A stretch of DNA of 64,000 nt. Origin: Candidatus Dojkabacteria bacterium (lineage in GTDB: Bacteria; Patescibacteriota; Dojkabacteria; GCA-002793355). A model generated the notes under the pieces. That model was not told the DNA's origin. It saw only the letters and a program-made list of their open reading frames with translations, and ran no database searches. Shown here piece by piece: positions 19,978 through 28,366 of this stretch (its first letter is position 1; every line of letters starts with the position of its first letter). Both the position numbers and the translations under genes were made by a program. The DNA is taken from the NCBI GenBank assembly GCA_030583825.1, contig CP129477.1, positions 446,308 through 510,307 on the forward strand, read 5' to 3'.

Positions 19978-20556
19978 ATGAAGTATTTAGGATTTCTTTT
20001 CAATATTTTAAATGGTTCTTTCTCCGTAATGGGCTTTTTCAAGCAAGTTATGATCGAAAGAAACATGATTTCCCACGCAAACAAAATTACCTCGGTAAAT
20101 ATCACGGCAATGAAGGTCTGGCTCGCTTGGGCAGCAGGAAACATTGTTCTTGGGGGAGTTCTTATCTTTTTTAGCAGCGGTATTCTGTTGGCATTTGCAG
20201 AGCTTATGGTTATTTGGAATATTGTCTCTGCAGTCTTAGCATTTCTGGGACTTCAGGTTGCAAAAAGTACAGCCGTAAAGCTTCTCGCTAACTTAAGCCC
20301 ATTGTCACTTATCCGTTATCTTCATTCTTTGGAGAAACTATTCGTATTTGGCGCAGGATTAGATATTGCATATTCGATTTTGGGAGTATATCTCATCGAA
20401 AAAGGAACAACCATTGAGAGCACAATGTGGGCAGGATTTGGAGCAGCAGTCATTGTCCAGGCAATGTTTTTACTCGGACTTGATAGCGTTCTCTATTTTC
20501 TTAACAGAAAGGCATCACGACAGGTATTCGCAGAGTTGGAAGAACCTGAAAACTAA
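19978..20556 (+). CDS. hypothetical polytopic membrane protein
   Basis: 192 aa, 4-5 TMs; start uncertain. Confidence 0.35.
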   Translation: MKYLGFLFNILNGSFSVMGFFKQVMIERNMISHANKITSVNITAMKVWLAWAAGNIVLGGVLIFFSSGILLAFAELMVIWNIVSAVLAFLGLQVAKSTAVKLLANLSPLSLIRYLHSLEKLFVFGAGLDIAYSILGVYLIEKGTTIESTMWAGFGAAVIVQAMFLLGLDSVLYFLNRKASRQVFAELEEPEN

Positions 20557-20597
20557 AGTTCTCTTACTAAATATTCACTAGGAATTTATCATCTCTC

Positions 20598-22022
20598 TTA
20601 TTGAAGAACAGCAAATGCACCAACTTTTGTGTTTATGATTGTTGTTGTTTCTCCGTTCACAACAGAAACCGAGACCAAGCCTTTGTTTTCAAGGGGGTAT
20701 TTTTGAGTTGCTTCCCGATCAGTAATATACGCGACGACGTTTGTTGCAGACGAAAAAAGTCCTCCATGAGCCAAGTCTGTTATCTTTTTAGATGAGTCTG
20801 CAGTTGCATAGTGAAGTGCTGTTTGTTTTGTTGTGGTATTAACGGTTGCGTAGATGTAGCCTATGTCAAAAACATTGTGAGCGAGATGAATTCGAACATC
20901 ATTATTAGCAATTTCTCTCGACTGTCTCAATGGAATATCAACTTGCATTACTTTTTTATCAGCAGTGTAAATATAGGCCTCGTCCGAAACAAAGGAACCT
21001 TCCAGTGCAGGGTAGGTATGTTTTGCAGTTTTGGAGCCAGCATCATCAAATATTGCAACAGTTTCATGGTTTGTAAGATCGTCGGCAAATGTTGTCACGT
21101 ACATTACGTATTTTCCTGATTTTGTGTATGAAAGCGTAAATCTATCCGTGAAAGTTTCTTCTCGTGGGGAAGTACTTGGATAAGTCATAAGCACTGTTTT
21201 CTGGCCATCAAAGGCAAAGTATCCTGCCACTGTTTCTCCAAATACGTCTAAAGCAAGAAATCCCATTCTTTCTCCATTTGGAGACCAATCGAGAGCAAGT
21301 TTTTGAACAAGCGGCAACGTATATTCCTGCCCGGTCGTTCTTTTTATCATGTTAAAGGTTCTTATTTTGCATTCCGACTCGCAGAAAGCATAGGTAATTT
21401 CCTCAGTATTTCTCCATGCAACTGCATGAATTTTCGAATATGCATCTAGCATTGGAACAACTTTTGCTTCTGCTGTGCCAGTTACAGAATTAGCATAGAT
21501 TCCATCTTCTTTAACATAAAGCACCGCAAGAGGTATTGTCCCGGAGGTATCTGTATTGTTTCCTGACGGAGCGGGAGTAGGAGTTACCGACGTCTCCTGG
21601 TTTACAGCACGCGAAAACATTCCCAGTTGAGTAATATCTACGCCAAGCTGCTTGAGGACGAATTGAACAAGGAAATATGCCGAAATAGCCACGATAAGAC
21701 CGATGATAACATTCATGATTGCGGATTGAGCTTCTTTTGTTTTGCCGGCATCGCCGCCACTTGTTATATACTTTAACCCTGCAAGAACGAGGTAAAACAC
21801 GGAAGCAATCACAACAATAATAAGAAGAAGGTCAAGAAAACTGCTAATGATTTCAAAAAACTCAATATTTTGCAGGTATTTGGTATTTTTTATGTCCGGG
21901 ATACTGAAATTTAACCCCGATTGTGCGTACATCATTAAGACATTGTAAGGGTTTTTGGGGATGGATGCAAAAAGGATAAAAAGAGAAAGTATTTGTTTCA
22001 GAAATACACCTTCTAGTTTCAC
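20598..22022 (-). CDS. TrbC/VirB2-like pilin module fused to PT linker and ~330-aa extracellular domain
   Basis: Residues ~60-130 (LLIIVVIASVFYLVLAGLKYITSGGDAGKTKEAQSAIMNVIIGLIVAISAYFLVQFVLKQLG) are near-identical in pattern to the pilin-like protein at 30137..30517; then TPTPAPSGNNTDTSGT linker and a large beta-rich domain. Confidence 0.55.
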   Translation of the reverse strand: MKLEGVFLKQILSLFILFASIPKNPYNVLMMYAQSGLNFSIPDIKNTKYLQNIEFFEIISSFLDLLLIIVVIASVFYLVLAGLKYITSGGDAGKTKEAQSAIMNVIIGLIVAISAYFLVQFVLKQLGVDITQLGMFSRAVNQETSVTPTPAPSGNNTDTSGTIPLAVLYVKEDGIYANSVTGTAEAKVVPMLDAYSKIHAVAWRNTEEITYAFCESECKIRTFNMIKRTTGQEYTLPLVQKLALDWSPNGERMGFLALDVFGETVAGYFAFDGQKTVLMTYPSTSPREETFTDRFTLSYTKSGKYVMYVTTFADDLTNHETVAIFDDAGSKTAKHTYPALEGSFVSDEAYIYTADKKVMQVDIPLRQSREIANNDVRIHLAHNVFDIGYIYATVNTTTKQTALHYATADSSKKITDLAHGGLFSSATNVVAYITDREATQKYPLENKGLVSVSVVNGETTTIINTKVGAFAVLQ

Positions 22023-22168
22023 TCATAAAAAGGTAGAGAGGGATGGCACTCCGTTACTGTCGCTTTTTATTGAAATTCCTATTGTAAAGCTCCAGAGCGA
22101 ACCTTTTCTTTTAGAAAGGTTACACTCCTAATATCTTTCCGCGCTAATCACCTTTCAGGTGACCACCA

Positions 22169-22258
22169 CGGAAAGAGAGGGATTCGAACCCTCGATACCC
22201 AAAATTTAGGTATAACGGTTTAGCAAACCGTCGCCTTCAGCCACTCGGCCACCTTTCC
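22169..22258 (-). tRNA. tRNA-Ser(GCU)
   Basis: Minus-strand cloverleaf: acceptor GGAAAGG/TCTTTCC, anticodon arm ACGGT-TTGCTAA-ACCGT (anticodon GCT), long variable arm, T-arm GAGGG-TTCGAAT-CCCTC, discriminator G. CCA not encoded. Confidence 0.85.
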
Positions 22259-22297
22259 AAGGGCAAGAAGCCCTTTCGGGCTTCTTAAAAAAACTTG

Positions 22298-22651
22298 TTA
22301 CTTCTTTGAAGCACTTTCAACCTGCTGTTCTGCCCAGTCTCCAATTACTGGAAGTTTCCACATTTCTCCCTGGAATGCTTTAATGACTCCAAGAATCCAA
22401 ACAACGAATACTGCCAATGGAACAATGCATGTCCATGACAACACTGCGTTTGCAATGAATGCTACGATTCCAAATGCCAATGACTGCCATGCATGAAACT
22501 GGATAAACTTGTCCTTTTTATAGTTATCCAAAACGATCAACACGATTGAGCTGATTGGGGCCAACAACCATGCGACAGCTGCAATGAGCTTTGTGTTCGA
22601 ATCGGAGGTTGCTACAACAGTTGCTTCTGTTGTTTTTGTTGTCTCATCCAT
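22298..22651 (-). CDS. small two/three-TM membrane protein (DUF4870-like)
   Basis: 117 aa; hydrophobic core with KDKFIQFHAWQSLAFGIVAFI motif. Confidence 0.4.
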   Translation of the reverse strand: MDETTKTTEATVVATSDSNTKLIAAVAWLLAPISSIVLIVLDNYKKDKFIQFHAWQSLAFGIVAFIANAVLSWTCIVPLAVFVVWILGVIKAFQGEMWKLPVIGDWAEQQVESASKK

Positions 22652-22799
22652 GATTAATGAAATAATAAAGTTATACTCGTTGCATTATATCATTAAAGAA
22701 TGAAATTGACGACAACATCGTGACGTACACAAAGACTTCCTGCATCACAAAACAAGAGAAATATAGAAAATTTCCTTCAGATGTTCGAAGAAGAGAAGA

Positions 22800-23150
22800 C
22801 TAGGTCGTTGGCAACGTGCCTGGCAAGTCTACATCGAAGACTCCAAGAATGAACCCCGCAATCGCGAATGCAGCAAGGACAACGATAAGTCCAATAATTG
22901 CGTTAATTATAAGTTGTTGTGCTGATTGAAGTTCACGAGGATCACCGCGAGACATGATAAATTTGTATCCACCGTAAATAATCATTCCTACGCCGACAAC
23001 GATAATAAGAGAAATTGCTGCAGTAAAAAGTCCTCGAACTGCTGCATCGCCACCACTAGGGCTAAGAAAACCTGCAGTTGGGCCAACTGTTCCAATAACA
23101 TCTACTGTATAACCAAAGGCTCGTGTAAGGATACTTCCCATCATGTTCAA
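22800..23150 (-). CDS. TrbC/VirB2-like pilin-family protein (tandem copy 3)
   Basis: Two hydrophobic helices flanking IYGGYKFIMSRGDPRELQSAQQLIINAIIGLIVV; same module as 23157, 23484, 30137, 30647 and 20598. Confidence 0.6.
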   Translation of the reverse strand: MNMMGSILTRAFGYTVDVIGTVGPTAGFLSPSGGDAAVRGLFTAAISLIIVVGVGMIIYGGYKFIMSRGDPRELQSAQQLIINAIIGLIVVLAAFAIAGFILGVFDVDLPGTLPTT

Positions 23151-23156
23151 CTCTTC

Positions 23157-23462
23157 TTATGTTATGGCATTTATAATAATCGCACGAATAACAAACGCAA
23201 ACAGTACTATTGCAATACCAATAACGGCATTAACGATAATACCTCGAGCTTGTTCTACTTTCTTTGGATCGCCCTGGCTCATCATGTAAGTATATCCGCC
23301 ATAAACAATCAATCCAACAAAAAGAATCGAAAGCAAAGGAAGAACAACGCCAAGAGCGTTGGTTACAAGATCACCGATTGTTCCTGGTGCTCCAGGAGCT
23401 GGAGTAATTTGGCTCAAATCTATAGTTGCGCCTGCGTTTAAACTTGGAAGACGATTTGTCAT
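23157..23462 (-). CDS. TrbC/VirB2-like pilin-family protein (tandem copy 2)
   Basis: LIVYGGYTYMMSQGDPKKVEQARGIIVNAVIGIAIVLFAF; 6-nt gap to next copy. Confidence 0.6.
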   Translation of the reverse strand: MTNRLPSLNAGATIDLSQITPAPGAPGTIGDLVTNALGVVLPLLSILFVGLIVYGGYTYMMSQGDPKKVEQARGIIVNAVIGIAIVLFAFVIRAIIINAIT

Positions 23463-23483
23463 GACCTATTATACAGAAAAGTC

Positions 23484-23909
23484 CTAGCTAATGCCAAGTG
23501 TGCTGAAAACCATGGAAATAATTGCTGTTGCGGTTAAAATCAGTCCAAAACCGAGTAAAGCATTCATTATTTGTTCTTTACCATCTTGAATCTTTTTTGA
23601 TTCTCCGCCACTCATCATAACTTTGTATGCACCAATAACAACAAGTACTAATGCAACGAGGGCACCAACAACGCCAGCTGCGGCTGCAATTTGTGTAACA
23701 AATCCAACACCACCGGTACTTGTATCAAAACAAATTCCAAAGTCGAATTCAATACCGCTACATCCACCGGCGGAAACTGTATATTGAGGAAGAGTCCGGC
23801 CTGTAATAGTTGAAACTAAGCCCGGAAGTGCCTGAGAAACCACTCTCCCCACTGTAGTAAATGATTCTGGCATACTTTGTATTATACCATTTGCTATCCC
23901 TATTTTCAT
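23484..23909 (-). CDS. TrbC/VirB2-like pilin-family protein (tandem copy 1, longer N-region)
   Basis: VIGAYKVMMSGGESKKIQDGKEQIMNALLGFGLILTATAI; 2-nt gap to upstream methyltransferase. Confidence 0.55.
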   Translation of the reverse strand: MKIGIANGIIQSMPESFTTVGRVVSQALPGLVSTITGRTLPQYTVSAGGCSGIEFDFGICFDTSTGGVGFVTQIAAAAGVVGALVALVLVVIGAYKVMMSGGESKKIQDGKEQIMNALLGFGLILTATAIISMVFSTLGIS

Positions 23910-23911
23910 TT

Positions 23912-24958
23912 CTAGAATGTTACTTCTTCTGGTTTAGGATCTCTCAAGTCGAAAATATCTTCTCTTACAAGAAATGTTTCCTTGCATTTTTCACACTGCA
24001 ATACATCCGGTTGAGAGTAAGTCATTCTCGCAGAACAATGCGGACATTGCAAGGTATCGTTAATAGCAAAAGATGCACCTGAAGCAGAAAGAATTCCCGG
24101 TTTTTCAAAGACAAACAGCAAGCTTGGAGTGATTCTTGTCCATGATAAAAGTGCTTGCGCAACTTTCTCTAAGCCGAGTAACAGTGATGTTGGAAATAAC
24201 TTTTTAACCATCGGCAGCCTAAAAAATGAGCAGGCAACGACTTCTTTAAGAGAAAATCCCGTACTTTTAGCAACTTCCACAATATGATCAGCTGTAAAAG
24301 AAAACATTATAGATTCTTGCCCCTCTTTAATTCCTTGCGATTCTGACGGATTATGCGCAACTCTGTGAGGATCATTTGCAAAGAATTCCGAAAGCTTTCC
24401 TTGGAACAATGCTTTGAAAAAGCCGAGTATGTGCTGCTTATGAGCAGCCTCAAGGATAAAAATGCCTCCGGGCTTTAGGATTCGGTACATTTCTTCCATC
24501 ATAATCTCCGGAGAGGCAATATGGTGGATTAAACGAACACTCATAAGCGTGTCAAAAGTATCATTTTGAAACGGTACTTTGTAGACATTCATGGCAACAA
24601 GATTCATTTTTTCTTTATACTTTTCTAAATCTTTTGCTGCATGTCGCAACTCAATCGTTGAATAATCTGAAATAACAAAGTGTTTAAATGTATCCCTATA
24701 GAGTGGAGAAAGTCGGCCGTATGCACCACCAACATCCATAATCACTTTATTTTCTTGATTTGGAGCATATTTTTGCAATAAGCGAGAAATACAATGAATT
24801 TCAGCAAGGTGCTCGTACTCTCGACCGGCCCAAAATGCATCGTAGGTGTAATCATTAAGTTCGTAGTTTGCAATAAAGTGTTTTATATTTCCACTCCCGA
24901 ATGAAGCAGAACTCTCTTGCTCAGGAGGATTTCCGTCGTTATTATTAGCGTTTGTCAT
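23912..24958 (-). CDS. class I SAM-dependent methyltransferase with C-terminal Cys4 zinc ribbon
   Basis: Motif I IMDVGGAYGRL, motif post-I/II consistent with MTase type 11; C-terminus CPHCSARM...CEKCKETF zinc-ribbon (Trm112-like). Overlaps upstream gene by 14 nt. Confidence 0.6.
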   Translation of the reverse strand: MTNANNNDGNPPEQESSASFGSGNIKHFIANYELNDYTYDAFWAGREYEHLAEIHCISRLLQKYAPNQENKVIMDVGGAYGRLSPLYRDTFKHFVISDYSTIELRHAAKDLEKYKEKMNLVAMNVYKVPFQNDTFDTLMSVRLIHHIASPEIMMEEMYRILKPGGIFILEAAHKQHILGFFKALFQGKLSEFFANDPHRVAHNPSESQGIKEGQESIMFSFTADHIVEVAKSTGFSLKEVVACSFFRLPMVKKLFPTSLLLGLEKVAQALLSWTRITPSLLFVFEKPGILSASGASFAINDTLQCPHCSARMTYSQPDVLQCEKCKETFLVREDIFDLRDPKPEEVTF

Positions 24959-26123
24959 TAGTTTTTAGCGTCACATATAAAATAATCAAAAAGACGAGTG
25001 CCCAGGCAATCACAACAAAGACAGTTTTCTGCGTTCCCTGAAGAAAAATAGCTAAACAGCCAAGCACTGCAGTGATAGTATATTCAAAAATAGCGATTTG
25101 AGGTTCATTTAGGCCCAATTTCATAAGCTTGTGATGGAAATGAGATCTATCACTGATAAGCATTAGCTGAAAGAGTGATTTTGGCTTGTAGTCAATAACG
25201 CGCTTAACCAAAACCCAGAACATATCAATAAGCGGAATAGCGAACACAATTAAGCTGATGGCAAATTTCGCATTACTGATAATTGCCAAAGTCGCAACAA
25301 TAAATCCAACGACCGTTTTTCCTGCAGACGCAGACATTATCTTTGCAGGGTAGAAGTTATACACAATGAACCCAAGCAACGATCCTGCCAGAGTAATGGA
25401 GAAGAGTGCCGATGCCGGTTGAGTAAACATAAAACTCACGACAAAGATGATAATAAGTGCGATAAATACATTCCCTTCCATAAGTGCGTCTGTTCCTCCC
25501 TGCCACTTAATCGCATTGATAAGCACAAGAATCCATAAGAATAAAAAGATGTCTCCCGGCAAACTGATACTGAGTAAAACGCCTCCAAATTGAGCAGTAA
25601 ACTCGCTCGCACGAATGATTAACGGCATTCCCGTAAATGGGTTTGTTAAAAAGTCCAAGTCAATTGGCGACAAAACAAAGAGAAACGCAGCAAGCATCTG
25701 AAACATAATCTGCGTTTTACCCGTAAGTTCGTATTTATCGTCAATGACACCCATTGCAAACAAAATAATGATGCCGAAAAACCAGAAAATGTAATTGTTT
25801 ACCTCTTCGGGAGAAATATTTATTGTCTTCGAGAGTAAAAGAGTGCTAATACTAATAACGATAAATGGGGTAATATATGCAATTCCTCCCCAATTTGCCA
25901 TCGGGTGCTTTTCTAAACGACGTCTTGCTGCGATAATTTTTGCCTCTAACGTTGTCGCACTGACTTTTTTGCTCGGCATCGTCTCAGGCAAACGCTTTAA
26001 ATGCTCAGAAGGAGGATACTGAATAACATCAAACATATTGGCAAGCTTTCCAACCCATGGAGTAAATAATACAGTTGCAATAAAAGAGAGTACAAAGATT
26101 GGGAGAAATGTTAGTAAATCCAT
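24945..26123 (-). CDS. MraY/WecA-family polyprenyl-phosphate sugar-1-phosphate transferase (WecA-like)
   Basis: ~10 TMs, GVIDDKYELTG (DDxxD), SDRSHFHHKLMKLG (WecA-type DRxHxHHxLM). The NxxNxxDGxDG and VFMGDxGS blocks look divergent (NAIKWQGGTDAL; IMSASAGKT). Confidence 0.6.
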   Translation of the reverse strand: MDLLTFLPIFVLSFIATVLFTPWVGKLANMFDVIQYPPSEHLKRLPETMPSKKVSATTLEAKIIAARRRLEKHPMANWGGIAYITPFIVISISTLLLSKTINISPEEVNNYIFWFFGIIILFAMGVIDDKYELTGKTQIMFQMLAAFLFVLSPIDLDFLTNPFTGMPLIIRASEFTAQFGGVLLSISLPGDIFLFLWILVLINAIKWQGGTDALMEGNVFIALIIIFVVSFMFTQPASALFSITLAGSLLGFIVYNFYPAKIMSASAGKTVVGFIVATLAIISNAKFAISLIVFAIPLIDMFWVLVKRVIDYKPKSLFQLMLISDRSHFHHKLMKLGLNEPQIAIFEYTITAVLGCLAIFLQGTQKTVFVVIAWALVFLIILYVTLKTNDKR

Positions 26124-26138
26124 AGTATTTCCGTCATA

Positions 26139-26621
26139 TTAAAGGCTCCATATCCAAACGCCTTGGATCATTATCTTCAAAACCAGAATATTTATCAAAA
26201 ACAAAATAAATAGTACGGCATCAACGATTTTTGTGCGCTGTAACGAAGAAATTTGGTAACAGATAAGTAAAAACACAAGGTTTACAGTAACGATCCCAAG
26301 AAGCATATATTGCATGACTTCCGCACCACCTGTGGCTAACTCGGTAAAACCGGCATAAAAAAATCCGGGAAACAAAAATATTTCTGGAACATGCTCTTGA
26401 ATTGAAAAGAATCCCCAAAACCTAACAACAATATACAACACCATACCAATGTTTATCCAAAGTGGGAGCTTTCCAAACAGAATCGCAAATGGAGAAAAGC
26501 GCATTTCAGATAAAGATTTTTTGAGTCGGATAACAAATTGAGACCACGGAGAAATAGAAACGCCTAATGACAATTGCTCTTCAGCTTCCGAACGGATCGT
26601 ATTGGGTGAATTTACCCCCAT
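26139..26621 (-). CDS. hypothetical membrane protein
   Basis: 160 aa, 3-4 TMs; 3-nt gap after dnaN stop. Confidence 0.4.
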   Translation of the reverse strand: MGVNSPNTIRSEAEEQLSLGVSISPWSQFVIRLKKSLSEMRFSPFAILFGKLPLWINIGMVLYIVVRFWGFFSIQEHVPEIFLFPGFFYAGFTELATGGAEVMQYMLLGIVTVNLVFLLICYQISSLQRTKIVDAVLFILFLINILVLKIMIQGVWIWSL

Positions 26622-26624
26622 GTT

Positions 26625-27758
26625 TTAATCGTCTAACTTAAGAGGCATCATCAAGTGCAGAAATGTTTCCATAGTTGGCTGATAAAACACACCCGCTGCA
26701 TTTTTATTTATTGCCTTCAAGATGACTGTATCATCTTCAATGTGAGAAAGAATATCCAATAAGAATTTCAACTGGAAAGCGATTCGTAATGGTTCTCCAT
26801 CCATTTTGACTGGCATTACTTCTTTTACTTCTCCTACTTCTGGAACATTTGCTTCCATTGTGAGTTGGCCTTTTTCAAATCCCATAATGACTCGCTGGCT
26901 GATTGCTGACTGTGCGAACACACCAACTCTTTTTAGAGAATCAATAAGCTTTTGTTTTTCGAGTGAAATTTCAATTTGATGGGCTGCTGGAATTGCCTGC
27001 TTATACTCTGGAAAATCTCCTTCGATAAGACGGGCATAAACCTGAACATCTCCATATTCAATGACACAGTAATTGCCGGTTGCAGAAAGCTTAATAATCA
27101 CATCTTCATTCTCTGCAGTAGAGGAGACAAATGCATCTTTCATAATTCTGCTTGCATGATCCAATGCTTCTGAGCTAATAACAATCTGCTTTCGCTGTGA
27201 TGCTGTTTTAATCGGTACAGAAATCTTTGACAATCGGAATGTATCGAGCGCAACCATAGTCACAAATCCTGCATCAACTTCAATATTTACACCTGTAAGA
27301 ATTGGACGAATATCGTCTTTTGCACAGGCGAAAATTGTTTTATCCACCATTGTGATGAATGTTTCTCGAGGAATATCACACAAAACTTCGAGATCATTGG
27401 TTTCAAAAAGAGGAAACTCTTCTGCATCGCGGGTAGAAAAAGACGCACTTCCTGACTGAGATGTAACAAACAGCGTGTTTTTATCTAAAAGAACCTCAAT
27501 AGATTCTTCTTTTGGAACTGTATTTATATACTGAGAAAAAAGTTTTGCATTAATTGTGACTTTACCTTCATCGTCTGCTGAAAGTGCCGTTGCTGCCGAA
27601 ATCTGAACATCGAGATCTGTTCCAATAACAGTTACTTTGTTCTTTTCGACATCAAGAAGAATATTGCTGAGAACCGGGAGGTTCGCCTTTGAACTTACTA
27701 CTTTACTAACAAGGTTAATGTAACTTGCGAATATTTCCGCATTGATTCTAAAGCGCAT
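26625..27758 (-). CDS. dnaN: DNA polymerase III beta sliding clamp
   Basis: 377 aa; MRFRINAEIFASYINLVSKVVSSKANLPVLSNILLDVEKNKVTVIGTDLDVQI is the classic DnaN N-terminus; three-domain length. Confidence 0.88.
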   Translation of the reverse strand: MRFRINAEIFASYINLVSKVVSSKANLPVLSNILLDVEKNKVTVIGTDLDVQISAATALSADDEGKVTINAKLFSQYINTVPKEESIEVLLDKNTLFVTSQSGSASFSTRDAEEFPLFETNDLEVLCDIPRETFITMVDKTIFACAKDDIRPILTGVNIEVDAGFVTMVALDTFRLSKISVPIKTASQRKQIVISSEALDHASRIMKDAFVSSTAENEDVIIKLSATGNYCVIEYGDVQVYARLIEGDFPEYKQAIPAAHQIEISLEKQKLIDSLKRVGVFAQSAISQRVIMGFEKGQLTMEANVPEVGEVKEVMPVKMDGEPLRIAFQLKFLLDILSHIEDDTVILKAINKNAAGVFYQPTMETFLHLMMPLKLDD

Positions 27759-28366
27759 ATTCTCATCCTTAATCTAAATTACTATTGAGTAATTGTATCA
27801 CACTTATCCCTTTCTTTTGTTCTTAAGTTATTCATTATTTAATTGTTTCTTTTTTTAAGATGAAAGATAAATGAGCTACCCACATCTTAGTGTTATATAT
27901 CTATTTATAAAAATAGAAGTATTAATAGAGAGTGTGGGTAAGTGGAAGAGAGTAAAGAAAAAGTCCAGATCGCTGAATTAAAATAAACTATTTTTTCTGT
28001 CGGTAATTTGTGGATAAGTGTGGAGGAGCACTTTTAGTATTGTGGGGTTTGCTCTGAATGGTTCTTTGGAATTTTGTAAAAGATTGCTCTCTCTACCGGA
28101 ATTCCCGCAATAAACATAAAAAGTATGCTTATCAACAAGTTGTGAATACTTTACCAATAGGTTTCCATATCACTGCTTGTGTTATACACATGTTATCCAC
28201 AAAATGTAAAAGAGTCCCCAAGTTATGAAGAAAACATTCAACTTTTCTTTTTGCGCAAATTTGTACTATAGGAAAAGCATTTTATATATGCCACTAAATC
28301 TGAAGTATTTTTTCTGATACGTAAGGAAAAATTTTTGCGTGAAATCTTTTTTGCAATAGAGAAAGT
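27759..28366. promoter_or_regulatory. candidate chromosomal origin (oriC): DnaA-box cluster plus AT-rich unwinding tract upstream of dnaN
   Basis: 608-bp non-coding, very AT-rich (27781-27930). DnaA-box-like 9-mers: TGTGGGTAA 27933-27941, TGTGGATAA 28009-28017 (perfect), TTATCAACA 28127-28135, TTATACACA 28182-28190, TTATCCACA 28193-28201 (perfect), in both orientations. Confidence 0.5.

Noticed and set aside
22259-22292. Hairpin AAGAAGCCC-tttc-GGGCTTCTT followed by AAAAAAA next to tRNA-Ser
   Set aside because: The A-run follows the stem on the plus strand and the T-run precedes it on the minus strand, so it is not a canonical intrinsic terminator for either adjacent minus-strand gene; it may still be structural.
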